IMG/VR virus record: IMGVR_UViG_3300036835_000437
Reading direction: 5' to 3' (one strand)
Length of the DNA stretch: 64,000 nucleotides
Origin: an uncultured virus (IMG/VR IMGVR_UViG_3300036835_000437)
Lineage: Duplodnaviria > Heunggongvirae > Uroviricota > Caudoviricetes
Part shown: positions 48,892 to 58,716 of the stretch, piece by piece
Layout: each line of letters begins with the position of its first letter
How positions within the stretch are numbered: the first letter of the stretch is position 1
The notes under the pieces: generated by a model
Told to the model about the DNA's origin: nothing
The model's database searches: none
The model's input: the letters and a program-made list of their open reading frames with translations, nothing else
Program-made: the position numbers and the translations under genes

Positions 48892-49057
48892 TCCCCCGGG
48901 TTGGTGTCCTCGATCCGGTAACGCGGGATGGGACGTTTCAGATGCTCTGGCCAGATCCGTACCACCTTCTTCTCGGTGTCTTCCTCGGGCTCTGGCGGGA
49001 GCTTTGGCTTGGGTTTGTCTTCGGTCATGAGGGCCTCCTTCTATACATGTATAGCGC

Positions 49058-49447
49058 ATGAAGCTCGACCGAGCAACCTTCCTGTACATGGGGCCGAGCG
49101 GGAGCCGCATCTCCCAGTTCGCGCAGTGCTTGACGTGCCGGGACTGGGTTACGGGGGACCGCAAGTGCGTCATCCACGGGCCTCGCGTGCGCGTACCGGG
49201 CAGCGCAAGCTGCGGGCTCTATGTGCAGGGCGTGCCGCAGCCAGCTGGGACGCCAACGTTGATTCGCGTCACGCCCGAGGAGTCAGGGCTCGTGAACCGT
49301 GATGTCAGGTGCGAGAACTGCATCCACTTTGACAAGGGTAAGTGCGAGTTCTTCGACAAACTCAACAAGGCGCTACCAGAGCTGTTCGATCTCGACACCG
49401 AGGTCGACTCGCACGGCTGCTGCAATGCACAAACGCCGGGAGAATGA
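49058..49447 (+). CDS. Cys-rich protein with two HiPIP-like CxxC...C...C repeats
   Basis: CLTC...C...CGLY and CENC...C...CCN. Confidence 0.55.
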   Translation: MKLDRATFLYMGPSGSRISQFAQCLTCRDWVTGDRKCVIHGPRVRVPGSASCGLYVQGVPQPAGTPTLIRVTPEESGLVNRDVRCENCIHFDKGKCEFFDKLNKALPELFDLDTEVDSHGCCNAQTPGE

Positions 49448-49653
49448 CCATGGTCGAACGGGTGATCTATGCGCTGATCTACATCTGCGGGATCGCGCTG
49501 TGCTACTTTCTCATCATCTGGGTACTGGGAGCTATCGGTCTGCACCTGCCTGCGATGGTGTTGAACATCCTGCTGGTGGTGCTGGTGCTGATCGCGATCC
49601 TCATCCTCTGGAGGATATTCGCAGGTGCTGGCATCCAATGGTGGCCCAGGTAG
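49444..49653 (+). CDS. Small two-TM membrane protein (holin candidate)
   Basis: Two hydrophobic helices; upstream of the endolysin. Confidence 0.55.
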   Translation: MTMVERVIYALIYICGIALCYFLIIWVLGAIGLHLPAMVLNILLVVLVLIAILILWRIFAGAGIQWWPR

Positions 49654-49906
49654 GCATGACATCGGGTGGGCCTTGCTCATCCTTGTGATGACGATCATCC
49701 TCACGCTGTTTGCGATCTGGTTGATGTCTCGTGCGCCAGGGTGAGAGCGCGCCGGCCGCAATGCCGGCCTTACGCAGCAGAGGAGCGGCCAACCGACACC
49801 TTTCTGCTACGTCAATCTAGTCTGAAGCGCACTCTCAGGGGTCCTGGTGTTTCGAACCCACCAGGACCCCGCATGGTATCATCGGAGACCGATTCGGGAG
49901 GCTCCG

Positions 49907-51514
49907 ATGACAGATGCCGTTCCGCCCTGGCTGAGCGTGATGAGAACGCTGACCGGCACCAAAGAGGTCCCTGGTCCCGAGGCCAATCCCGTCATTACCG
50001 GCATGACCACGGAGATCGCTCGCATCTGGGGCGAGGACGTCCCCGGTATGCAGGCCTACTGCGATCAGCCCGCCTGGGACAGCGACGAGACCGCGTGGTG
50101 CGGCGTGGCGTCGGCGTACTGCCTCTCCGAGGCCGGCTACATGCCGCCGTTCAAGAAGGGTAACGACACCGGCTGCTTCGGCTGGGCGGATAGCTTCCGC
50201 ACTTCGCCCAACTTCGTACAGCTCTCCGACTATGTGCCGGGCGCCATCGTGGTGATGACCCGTTCGGGTGGCAACCACGTCACCATGTTCGAAAGCGATG
50301 CCGGCGGCGGCTACATCAACTGCAGGGGCGGGAACCAGAGCAACAGCGTCAACGTCAGCTCGTTCCCGAAGTCCAACGTGACCGGGATCATGTGGCCGGC
50401 GGCGGCACCCCAACCGCAGATACCGCGTAGCACCATACGCCAGGGCTCGCGCGGGCCAGATGTGGTGGCCTGCCAGACTTCTCTCGGGGTGTACCCGGCA
50501 GACGGCGACTTCGGAAGCATCACCGACGGTGCGGTCAAGGGCTTCCAGGCGGCATGCTCCATCAGCCAGGACGGCGTTGTCGGCCCCACCACCTGGGGCA
50601 AGATCGATGAGCTGGATGCCAAGGTCGCTGCCGGCGACGACGGGATCGACCCCGAGCTGATCGGGATCATCCAGGACATCGCCAAGACCTCGCCCATCGC
50701 CAACTACAGCTGGAGGGATCGAGGCCGGGCGCCGGCTGGCCACACCGTCGGTGTCGCGCTGAGCTTTGCCCTGGCCTACATGCGGCTCAACAGCGACGAT
50801 CTTGCAGCGCAGCAGATGGCCAAGGCCAATACCGGAGACGCCAACAAGGACGTGTTCGCATGGTACGCCACCGAGTACCGCAACCTGAACATGGACAACA
50901 GCGCAGCTGCGCCGCCGGTCGACCGGCTGCGGCACCTGTTTGCCCTGATTCTTGGCCTGGGCATGCGCGAGTCTTCGGGACGCTATTCGGAGGGGCGCGA
51001 CCAGTCAGCTACGAACACTTCTGCCGACACGGCAGAGGCGAGTTTCCTCCAAACAAGCTGGAACATCAGGTCGTGTAGCTCGACCATCCAGCCGCTGCTG
51101 CCTGAATACTGGGCCAATCCCTGCGGGTTCCGCGCCCAGTTCAAGGAGGGTGTCACGCTCAAGTCGTCTGACCTGGGCAACTTTGGCTCTGGTGCTGGGG
51201 CTCAGTACCAGTTCCTCAGCAAGTATGCCCCGGTGTTCCACGCCATGGTCAGCGCGGTGGGGCTTAGGAACCTCCGCCAGCACTGGGGGCCGATCAATCG
51301 CAAGGAGGCAGAGCTACGCCAGGATGCCAATACGATGCTGCGTGCGGTGCAAGAGGCGTGTGACACCTATCAGCCCGAGCCTGGGCCTGATCCCGAGCCG
51401 CCCGACACGCACGAGCACCAAGTGGACATCGTCGCGATGGAGGGGTCGATCGATGAGATCACGATTACCGGAGACGTGTACGTGACCGTCAATGGCCAAG
51501 AGTGGGAGCCGTGA
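49907..51514 (+). CDS. Modular endolysin: TIGR02594-type NlpC/P60-like domain, peptidoglycan-binding domain and C-terminal domain
   Basis: PPWL....G.KEVPG...DETAWC...GNHV...GGNQSNSV; IRQGSRGPDV...DGDFG..T..AVK.FQ...DGVVGPTTW; LGMRESSG. Confidence 0.85.
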   Translation: MTDAVPPWLSVMRTLTGTKEVPGPEANPVITGMTTEIARIWGEDVPGMQAYCDQPAWDSDETAWCGVASAYCLSEAGYMPPFKKGNDTGCFGWADSFRTSPNFVQLSDYVPGAIVVMTRSGGNHVTMFESDAGGGYINCRGGNQSNSVNVSSFPKSNVTGIMWPAAAPQPQIPRSTIRQGSRGPDVVACQTSLGVYPADGDFGSITDGAVKGFQAACSISQDGVVGPTTWGKIDELDAKVAAGDDGIDPELIGIIQDIAKTSPIANYSWRDRGRAPAGHTVGVALSFALAYMRLNSDDLAAQQMAKANTGDANKDVFAWYATEYRNLNMDNSAAAPPVDRLRHLFALILGLGMRESSGRYSEGRDQSATNTSADTAEASFLQTSWNIRSCSSTIQPLLPEYWANPCGFRAQFKEGVTLKSSDLGNFGSGAGAQYQFLSKYAPVFHAMVSAVGLRNLRQHWGPINRKEAELRQDANTMLRAVQEACDTYQPEPGPDPEPPDTHEHQVDIVAMEGSIDEITITGDVYVTVNGQEWEP

Positions 51515-51720
51515 ACGCGACCGAGGAGATCGGGAAGACGGCGACCGCCGCCATCGAGGCGCTCAAGACCTCGCCCGGCATGCTCACGCTGGTGATCTTC
51601 ATGGTGATCTACATCGGCTTCGAGAGCTACCTCAGCCTGCAGGAGCGCGAGCGCTGGAAGGAGTTGGTGGTCGAGGCGATGAGGTGGTGCCCGGCGGGTA
51701 CCTACGAGAGGCCGAAGTGA
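51511..51720 (+). CDS. Single-TM lysis-module protein (holin/spanin candidate)
   Basis: One TM helix; paralogue of 52089..52325. Confidence 0.5.
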   Translation: MNATEEIGKTATAAIEALKTSPGMLTLVIFMVIYIGFESYLSLQERERWKELVVEAMRWCPAGTYERPK

Positions 51721-52085
51721 CAGCTGGCGTGCGCTTTGCCTTGACCTTGACGATCGTTCTGGCCGCGCTGCTGGGGCTGAGCCTGTGCGGCTACAACTAC
51801 TGGGAGCCGAGAGAGACGGCACAGATGCCGTTTGAGTTGGCGAGTGCCTCGGCCCAGCCAGTGATCTGCACCGATGCAGCGACCCGAGACAAGATCAAGT
51901 CGGTAATGCTGGAAGCCTTGGACACCGCACTGCAACAGCACGTCGTCCACATGTTCGAGGTCTGGATGAAAGATGACCGTGGCCAGCCCGAGAGGGCCAG
52001 GAACGGCGTGGTCAACGGGGTCAATGCCTACTTAAAGGCTGGTCAAGGCGTAGCAAGTTGGGCACCACCGGACTGTCCAGGGTGA
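51717..52085 (+). CDS. Membrane-anchored/secreted hypothetical protein
   Basis: N-terminal hydrophobic segment. Confidence 0.5.
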   Translation: MTAGVRFALTLTIVLAALLGLSLCGYNYWEPRETAQMPFELASASAQPVICTDAATRDKIKSVMLEALDTALQQHVVHMFEVWMKDDRGQPERARNGVVNGVNAYLKAGQGVASWAPPDCPG

Positions 52086-52088
52086 GCC

Positions 52089-52325
52089 ATGAACCCAGGT
52101 GTCGGCGAGGAAGTTGGTAAGACCACACGCGGCCTGATCGAGTCGATGAAGGACAGCCCAATAACCCTGGCGCTCGTCCTGTTCAATCTATTGTTCGTTG
52201 TCATCGTGTTCTTCTCGGTCAGGGATCAGCGCGCTCACATGGAGAGCTTCCAGACCGAGCTGTTCAAGCAACAGACCAAGACCATGGAGATGCTTTACAA
52301 CTGCACTCCAGGTGCCAAGACATAG
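52089..52325 (+). CDS. Single-TM lysis-module protein
   Basis: EEVGKT...MKDSP + TM + C-terminal Cys, as in 51511..51720. Confidence 0.55.
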   Translation: MNPGVGEEVGKTTRGLIESMKDSPITLALVLFNLLFVVIVFFSVRDQRAHMESFQTELFKQQTKTMEMLYNCTPGAKT

Positions 52326-52327
52326 GG

Positions 52328-52948
52328 TCACCAACCGATGCGGCCACCGACCTTGCCAGCCCACAGCCCGCTGGGGCCGATGGCGAAGCCGGCGTAGCCA
52401 GAGACGTTACCGTAGAGCCGCATGATGCCGGTGGCACCGAAGGCCACCGCGCCGTTGTCCCCGATGCCCAACCCACCGGTCAGGCTGTAGTTCTCGTTGA
52501 CCTGGAGCCATGCCGGCTGCGCGAGCGCCGCGCTCAGAGCAGCGACATTGCCCCAGGCAGGATCGATTGGGATGCCGGGCGGCCCCTGCGGTCCTTGCGG
52601 TCCCTGTGCGCCTGGGGCGCCGGGCTGGCCTGGGGGGCCTTGCGTGCCAGCTGTGCCGGCCACTCCCTGTGCTCCCGTGGCACCCGTTGCGCCAGTCGCT
52701 CCGGTCGCCCCAGTAGCGCCTGTCTGCCCCGGAGGGCCGGGTGGTCCCTGTTTCCCCTGACAATTGCTGTTGTTCAGATTGATTGTGTAGTTGCCGCCAC
52801 CTGGGCTGATCGAGGTGCTGGGACCAAAGGTGCCCTGGTTGCTCTGTGCGGTCCACAAACCGCAGCCCGTGGTGCTCCATGTCGTGACGTTGTCAGCCAG
52901 CGCTGGCGTTGCAGCAAGGATCACGATCGCGGACAGGAGGGCGCGCAT
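52328..52948 (-). CDS. Collagen-like trimeric autotransporter (YadA-anchor) protein
   Basis: Signal peptide [21 protein letters not shown] repeats, VAALSAAL helix plus four beta-strands ending in W. Confidence 0.75.
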   Translation of the reverse strand: MRALLSAIVILAATPALADNVTTWSTTGCGLWTAQSNQGTFGPSTSISPGGGNYTINLNNSNCQGKQGPPGPPGQTGATGATGATGATGATGAQGVAGTAGTQGPPGQPGAPGAQGPQGPQGPPGIPIDPAWGNVAALSAALAQPAWLQVNENYSLTGGLGIGDNGAVAFGATGIMRLYGNVSGYAGFAIGPSGLWAGKVGGRIGW

Positions 52949-53121
52949 CGCGATAGGCTAAAGGTGATTCGGGCGTCCTGGCTGTAGCGGCAGGGTCACA
53001 GTTCCAGGGAAAGCCCCGGCGCCGGGATGACAGGAGCGCCGGGGTTAGTTGCGTTGCACGGGGAGGGCGGTTCAGTTCCTTCCCGTGATTGCACCATGCG
53101 GAGCCCACGAGCCAGGGCATT

Positions 53122-53355
53122 ATGCCGGAAGTATGGATCGCGACGTTCTTCTGCCTGAACATGGCCGATCCAACCTGCGCCCGCCTGGAGGGCGCAGTCG
53201 GGAACATGAGCTTCGACCACAGCGAGATGTGCGAGCTGCTCGGCCAGTGGGGGGCAAAGTACTTTCGCGAGAAGCTCCGCATCCCTCTCGCCTACCGCTG
53301 CGATCTGGTCGGTGACGTGTACGTGGCGATGCCACGCCCCAAGCGGTTACGCTAA
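53122..53355 (+). CDS. Small Cys-containing hypothetical protein
   Basis: ORF with C..C..C..C spacing. Confidence 0.4.
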   Translation: MPEVWIATFFCLNMADPTCARLEGAVGNMSFDHSEMCELLGQWGAKYFREKLRIPLAYRCDLVGDVYVAMPRPKRLR

Positions 53356-53600
53356 TCCAGCTGCAGCTTGCTGAAGCGCGCCGCCGCCGGATCAGGCGGC
53401 TCGGCTGGCTTGGGCGGTGCCGGCTCCGGTAATGCGGGCGTCCTGGACAGGCTCATATACTTGTACAGCTCCGTGTACTGGTTGTAGTGCATCTGCTGCC
53501 GGGCGGCTTCTATGGCACGCTCCATCTGATGCTGCATGTAACTGATCTCGGTGGCCGTCTTCGGCGGGCTCGGCATCCCTGCCCCCTTAAGGCACATCAC
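53352..53600 (-). CDS. Hypothetical protein
   Basis: Ends AAARFSKLQLD; coupled to the upstream ORF. Confidence 0.5.
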   Translation of the reverse strand: MMCLKGAGMPSPPKTATEISYMQHQMERAIEAARQQMHYNQYTELYKYMSLSRTPALPEPAPPKPAEPPDPAAARFSKLQLD

Positions 53601-53953
53601 TTGCCATTGTAGCGCTGGAAGCTCTGCAGCAAGTCACTGCTCATGTCCTCCAGGTCTCGCTCCAGCTTCTGGAGGTCATCCCATCGGGCCTTGGCCCTGG
53701 CGCGGGCCTCCTCAGCCTCAGCCTCGATCTGCTTGAGCAGGTTCTCAGCGCGGGTGACCTGACGTTTGCCGGCCTCGATGGCGGCGTCGTAGAGCTTGTC
53801 GGTCAGCTCCACGAAGCGAGGTACCCCCTGGTTGTGGTGCAGCGGGTTGCGCGGCGGCTCGGGTCGCGTCGGCGCCTTGCTGTTCAGGTCCCTCGCCACA
53901 CCCTTGAGCACTGCCTCGATCCGGTTCGTGTCCGTTACCTGCTTCTCGTCCAT
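53597..53953 (-). CDS. Hypothetical coiled-coil protein
   Basis: AAAGGA RBS. Confidence 0.6.
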   Translation of the reverse strand: MDEKQVTDTNRIEAVLKGVARDLNSKAPTRPEPPRNPLHHNQGVPRFVELTDKLYDAAIEAGKRQVTRAENLLKQIEAEAEEARARAKARWDDLQKLERDLEDMSSDLLQSFQRYNGK

Positions 53954-54168
53954 TGTTGTGTCCTTTCACTCGTCTAAGTCTCAAACCATTGAGCGCTTCG
54001 CGACCCTCGTCGGTGATCACCCAGCCATCGGGGACGGCCTGCTTGCGTAGGAAGCCCCGGATCACCAGCGCCCGCCACACCCCATACGGGAAGTTGATCT
54101 GCTCGTGGGCGCGGAACGGTATGTAGTCCACGTCCGCAGCAGCCTGCAGTACAACTGCCTGTCTCCAA

Positions 54169-54621
54169 CTAAGCAGTACGCTCACGCAGCATGGCCTCGA
54201 TCTCTTCGCGCAGGTTGGCGCGCGTGATCCCCGGCAGAATCTCTTCGCAGATCACGGTCGTGATCCTGTCCGTCAGAAGGCGGAGCTGCTCATCGCTGAT
54301 TCGCGTGAGGCTCTTCGCACGGCTCTCGATCTTGCGTGTGTGCGGGTCGTACACACCCTTCGAGAAACCGACCCGCTTCTTCAGGCTGTCCATCGCATCG
54401 TCCTTGTCCAAGAATAAGTCCGTATTGTCCGCAACCTTGTGAACCAAGCACCACAGATACCGTAATGCCTGGATGTTCTTCTCGCGTCTGAGGGACGCCA
54501 TCACCTCAGCATCCAGGCTGATGACCCGCAGGTCCTCGTCCGCCATCTCGCTGCTCGGGAACAGTCCGACCTCGCCCCGGTACTTAGCCTTGCGTTTGGT
54601 CAGGAACGTCTCGATTGTCAT
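54169..54621 (-). CDS. NinB/DUF1367-like recombination accessory protein
   Basis: REKN...RYLW.L...VADN...LK...G...KSL..IS.EQ; next to ERF. Confidence 0.55.
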   Translation of the reverse strand: MTIETFLTKRKAKYRGEVGLFPSSEMADEDLRVISLDAEVMASLRREKNIQALRYLWCLVHKVADNTDLFLDKDDAMDSLKKRVGFSKGVYDPHTRKIESRAKSLTRISDEQLRLLTDRITTVICEEILPGITRANLREEIEAMLRERTA

Positions 54622-55747
54622 CGGACGGGTTCACCCTCTGCTCAGCGCGCTGGAACTCCGCCAGCAGCATGCTCCAATCGCTGTCATCGAACTCCTGCTC
54701 GCGCGGCGATACGTTCTGGTTCCAGAACGCTTCGATGGCTTCCAGGCTCTGTAGCTGACCGAGCTGCCCGGCCACCCAGTTCATGAACTCGCCAGCGTCT
54801 GCCGGCGCTGCGCCCCCACTGACCTCGGAGAGATCGTTCAGCCGGCGCGTGACCGCGACCTGGATCGTATCGTAGGTGCCGGGGAAGTTGTCGCTGATGT
54901 TCTGCAGGATCGGTTCGTTGGCAGCATCCCAGGCCTTCACCTCGTCCACTGTCTGCGCCTTGCCGACAGAGCGTATGAAAGCTGACGCCCACTCGTCTGG
55001 GCCCTTGCCTGGGCCAAGCACGATGCGCTGCGGGGTATCCTCACCGACCTGCTTCAGCTCTGCGTCGCGTTCCATGCGCGATGCGGTCGCAGCGGTCGTC
55101 GCATCAGGCCGCTGCGAAGGCCCCGGCACCGGAGCCTTCTCCTGACGTTGATTCGCGTCGTCGTCCACGTCAGGGAAGTCGCCCGCCGGCACCTGGAACA
55201 GCGCCAGCAGGAAGTACTTCCTGGCGTTGGTGTGGCACTTGGCGACCGCCTTCTCGTCCCAGTTCCCCTTGCGGTCCCTGGAGATGCACAGGCCGGTGTA
55301 GCGCGGCTTCTCTGGCCATATCTCGCCAGACGAGTGGAAGATACTGAACTCGTAGGTCACCGCCAGCCGGTTGCCCTCCAGCACCTCCTTGCCGACCTCG
55401 TTCTGGATCACCGCCAGCCCGACATTGCCCATCAATGGCGTGATCGCATAGAGCAGGTCCTCCATGCGGGCGTAGGCGTAGCCGAAGTACTCGTTCTTGC
55501 CCCGCTTCTCGATGGTGCCAACCTTGGACATGACGGCGGCGATGGCGCCGGCAATGTGGCCGACCGGGGCGGGGGTCAGCGCGACGATGCGCTGGGCCTG
55601 CTCCGTAGACCGAAGGCCGGCAAGCCCGCCATTGGTGGGCTTGGGCTGAGCCTGCTCGCGCACGGCAACGGCGCGGCCGGCGATGCCGCCTGGGGTGGGC
55701 TGGGGTGTCGGGCCTGGAACCAGGGGTCGGCGTGGGGTGGTGGTCAT
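54584..55747 (-). CDS. erf: ERF-family single-strand annealing protein
   Basis: K.GKN.YFGY.YA..EDL...TP.M...GL...HSSGE...KA..K..T.ARKYFL..LF.V...D.D.D. Confidence 0.75.
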   Translation of the reverse strand: MTTTPRRPLVPGPTPQPTPGGIAGRAVAVREQAQPKPTNGGLAGLRSTEQAQRIVALTPAPVGHIAGAIAAVMSKVGTIEKRGKNEYFGYAYARMEDLLYAITPLMGNVGLAVIQNEVGKEVLEGNRLAVTYEFSIFHSSGEIWPEKPRYTGLCISRDRKGNWDEKAVAKCHTNARKYFLLALFQVPAGDFPDVDDDANQRQEKAPVPGPSQRPDATTAATASRMERDAELKQVGEDTPQRIVLGPGKGPDEWASAFIRSVGKAQTVDEVKAWDAANEPILQNISDNFPGTYDTIQVAVTRRLNDLSEVSGGAAPADAGEFMNWVAGQLGQLQSLEAIEAFWNQNVSPREQEFDDSDWSMLLAEFQRAEQRVNPSDDNRDVPDQTQG

Positions 55748-55759
55748 ACGTGACTCCAT

Positions 55760-56665
55760 CTAAACGGCCTTCGATTCTTCTATTACGGTAACGCCCGGAA
55801 CGGTGACCCCCGCCCGCACAGCCCTGTTGGCGAGCATCTGTACGGTGCCGCGCAGGTCCTCGCTGTCCTTGAAGAAGGCTAGAGCCTTCTCGAAGTCATC
55901 GATCCGCGCCTTCTTGGTCGACTTGAGCGTCTGCGCCCGGCCACGGGTGCCGGCACGGGGACGGGGGGCATCAGCTGCAGCTGGCTCGCCCCCCGCCGCC
56001 GCTGCCTCGGCTTCCTGTTTGCGCTTTGCTTCCAGCGCCTGGAGCCAAGGCGTTAGCAGCTTGTACTTGAGGTTCTTGTAGGTCTCGGCGAGGCCGATGA
56101 TCGTCACCCACTTGACCTGAATCCGCTTCAGCTCGTCGTCGTGCGGCTTGCGCTCTTCTTTGCGACCGTCGTCGGCCTTCTTGCACAGCTCGGCGAGGCG
56201 ATCGGCGAGGTTCGCAATACGATCAGCCTCGGCCTGATCGGTGATGGGCGGTCCGTCGAGGCGCCTGGAAGCCTCCTCGGCCAGGGGCTCGATGGCATCC
56301 CGTAGCCCTTCGTAGCTCTCGTCGTCCGGCGGGAGATTGTCCCCCATGGCGACCAGCTCGTGCTCGTCTGGCCAGGGCTTGCCGCGCTGGGCGACGTCGC
56401 GGTAGGCCTCCTCGGTCACCGGGTGCTGGCCGCAGCGGGTCCACAGCTCCAGGGCGCGCTCGGGCGCCACGTCCTCGTCACCGATGCGGCAGTGCAGCTG
56501 ACCATTCTCACCCGGCCAGTAGGCGACGGGCCGGAAGGTTCTCCGCGCGCCGTAGTGCTCCTTGCGCGGCTCGCGATAGAACCCGGCCTGGGGATGGCTG
56601 GGGCTCATCTCGACGGGCCTGCCGCTGAGCCGGTCGTGCCAGTATTGCCATTCCCATTCAGCCAT
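55760..56665 (-). CDS. Recombination-module protein (Gam/Gp157-like C-terminus)
   Basis: Coiled coil, RKEERKPH, C-terminal VPGVTVIEE. Confidence 0.55.
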   Translation of the reverse strand: MAEWEWQYWHDRLSGRPVEMSPSHPQAGFYREPRKEHYGARRTFRPVAYWPGENGQLHCRIGDEDVAPERALELWTRCGQHPVTEEAYRDVAQRGKPWPDEHELVAMGDNLPPDDESYEGLRDAIEPLAEEASRRLDGPPITDQAEADRIANLADRLAELCKKADDGRKEERKPHDDELKRIQVKWVTIIGLAETYKNLKYKLLTPWLQALEAKRKQEAEAAAAGGEPAAADAPRPRAGTRGRAQTLKSTKKARIDDFEKALAFFKDSEDLRGTVQMLANRAVRAGVTVPGVTVIEESKAV

Positions 56666-56921
56666 TGTTCCTCCGCACGATGTTGCGCCAGACCCGCTCC
56701 TTGCCAAGGGCGCGGCCGGCCGCCTCGATAGTCGCGTTCTGCGGGCGCCGGGTGCCGTCCGGCTTGAACCATGAGCGCATGCAGGCGGCAGAGGGACCAC
56801 CGTTCTTCACGATCTGGGAGAGCTTGGTGTCGCCCCGCATCTGCTGCATCTGGTAGATAACCGGGTCCTTGTCGCGGAATGTGTATGCGCCGTAGCCGTG
56901 TCCGTTACGCTTTGCCATCAC
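56658..56921 (-). CDS. Small HTH-like protein
   Basis: LSQIVKNGGPS...MRSWF...TRRPQNATIEAAGRALG. Confidence 0.55.
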   Translation of the reverse strand: MMAKRNGHGYGAYTFRDKDPVIYQMQQMRGDTKLSQIVKNGGPSAACMRSWFKPDGTRRPQNATIEAAGRALGKERVWRNIVRRNNG

Positions 56922-57289
56922 TTGGCTCCTACAACGGTGTAAGTGAACTTGGCTCCCGATCCCTTCCTGCTGCCCTTTGGTCTTCGTCTGGTGATTACCT
57001 TGGCTCGCAGTGCCTTGTTGAGCACGTTCGAATAGGTTCCGCGCGCAAGCCCAACGGTCCTAGTCCAGTCAGCTGCGACCGAGGGGCCAAACTCGGTGAT
57101 CTTGTTGTCGGCAAGATACTTCATGAGCATGTCGACACGGTCTCCCGAGGTCTCCGCGCGAATCTTGCCGTTCTTCACTTGGGCGTTCTGCACGGGTTGC
57201 GGCGGCTTCATCTCGATGACATGCCCGGAGAGCGCCCAGAGCACATAGGAGAGCTTCTTGTCGTCAACGAATATCTCGATGCGGAACAT
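56918..57289 (-). CDS. Hypothetical (winged-helix-like) protein
   Basis: ORF in a tightly coupled minus-strand operon. Confidence 0.55.
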   Translation of the reverse strand: MFRIEIFVDDKKLSYVLWALSGHVIEMKPPQPVQNAQVKNGKIRAETSGDRVDMLMKYLADNKITEFGPSVAADWTRTVGLARGTYSNVLNKALRAKVITRRRPKGSRKGSGAKFTYTVVGAK

Positions 57290-57639
57290 CAGTGCATCCT
57301 TTCATGTGGTTCGTGGGGTGAGATCGTCGGCGACGGGAACTCCGCCCGGATGTGCTCGTGCATCTTCTGCAGGCACTCCTCGGTGATCTTGTCTAGCTCG
57401 GCGCGCATCTCCTCGCGCCACTTCTGGGTGACGCGCGGAGAGATCACCCACATAAAGGCGATGCCGGCGTGTACGCCGGAACCAAAGACCCAGATCAGCT
57501 GCGCGGAACCCTCGTTGTAGCCCCACAGCGCAACACCCATGAAGGCAAGGCACATCACTGTGCCGTACGTGACGTTGAACCAGCGGCTGAAGAGCACCTC
57601 AAGTGCGCGATCTGGTTTCACGGGTTCCCACCTTTGCAA
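57289..57639 (-). CDS. Two-TM membrane protein
   Basis: Two hydrophobic segments; GAAGG RBS. Confidence 0.55.
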   Translation of the reverse strand: MQRWEPVKPDRALEVLFSRWFNVTYGTVMCLAFMGVALWGYNEGSAQLIWVFGSGVHAGIAFMWVISPRVTQKWREEMRAELDKITEECLQKMHEHIRAEFPSPTISPHEPHERMH

Positions 57640-57741
57640 GCGTCACCTTCACCTTCTTGGCTCGCTGTGTGTAGATCGCTTTGCGCACACCCTTGGAGCC
57701 GGCGCCCGGCCATCGCGCGCTGATGTGTTTGGGAGGGCGCT

Positions 57742-58275
57742 TCATCGCTTCACCACCGTGCCGTCCATCTTCTTGCGGAGGCGCTTGTCGAAACCGCGCG
57801 AGAGAATCTTGCGCCAGGGACGCAGGCCGGCGCGTTTGGCTTCTGCGTCGATGGCCTTCAGGACCACCTTGCCAAGGGGCGTGAGCGTGCGGGCCGGGCG
57901 AGGGGCCGCTGCAGCGTGAGCACCATGCCCAGCATGCCGTTTAGACTCGCCCGACCCTGTCCGCAGCGCAGGTGCGTCCGCTGCGGCATCTGAGAACTTC
58001 TTCTCGTTCCATGCCCGGATACGCCGGCCTTTAGCGATTACCGTGGCATCTCGCTTCGTCTTCTCCCGATGTGGCTTGATCAGCATCGGGGTGAGGTTCC
58101 AGAAGCGATCGCGATCAGGGTGATTCGTCTCGTGCAGGATGTTGTGGTCAACAGCGTACAGGCTGATAATCTGGTCTTCCGTCATCGACTTTGCATCGCT
58201 ATACGGGACATCACCGAGCTTCAACAGCGCAGCTGCGTACTTCGTCTTCCAGCTGATGTGCTTGCGTTTGGCCAC
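57742..58275 (-). CDS. HNH-like endonuclease
   Basis: VDHNILH...WNLTPMLIKPHREKTKRD, C-terminal KKMDGTVV; GTG start inferred. Confidence 0.6.
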   Translation of the reverse strand: MAKRKHISWKTKYAAALLKLGDVPYSDAKSMTEDQIISLYAVDHNILHETNHPDRDRFWNLTPMLIKPHREKTKRDATVIAKGRRIRAWNEKKFSDAAADAPALRTGSGESKRHAGHGAHAAAAPRPARTLTPLGKVVLKAIDAEAKRAGLRPWRKILSRGFDKRLRKKMDGTVVKR

Positions 58276-58297
58276 ACCCTGATATACATTGGTAGCC

Positions 58298-58495
58298 ATG
58301 AAAGTCAACAACGACGCCCCGACTATCCAGGTGTCTTTCCGACTGAACGCTGATCTCGTTGCGCGCATGCGCGAGGTCGCAAGTTCCAAGGATTGGCCAC
58401 CGCCTCCGTCACAAACTGAGATCGTCTCGCGCGGCATCGAGATGGTGCTGGCTAAGCTCAAACCCAAGCGGGGCCGGGCGCGTGTTGCGGCATGA
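58298..58495 (+). CDS. RHH/Arc-like regulator
   Basis: IQVSFRLNADLVARMRE...SQTEIV.RGIE; divergent from the minus-strand operon. Confidence 0.6.
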   Translation: MKVNNDAPTIQVSFRLNADLVARMREVASSKDWPPPPSQTEIVSRGIEMVLAKLKPKRGRARVAA

Positions 58496-58716
58496 TGATC
58501 CACATCGTGTTGCTGCAGGGCGTCGCGCCGGTCGAGGCCTGGACCGACAAGCTCTGGGCGATGCGCCGCGCGGCTGAGCTGGGCGGCGGTAATGTGGTGA
58601 CGCTGGAGCTTCGCAGTGAGAATACCCCCGAGACCGCCGCCGACAACGCGACAGCGGATGCGGACAGGGAACCCAGGGCGCGACCCGGTGCACGCAAGGG
58701 GTCCGCAGCTTCATGA
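58492..58716 (+). CDS. Hypothetical protein
   Basis: ATGA-coupled ORF. Confidence 0.45.
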   Translation: MMIHIVLLQGVAPVEAWTDKLWAMRRAAELGGGNVVTLELRSENTPETAADNATADADREPRARPGARKGSAAS

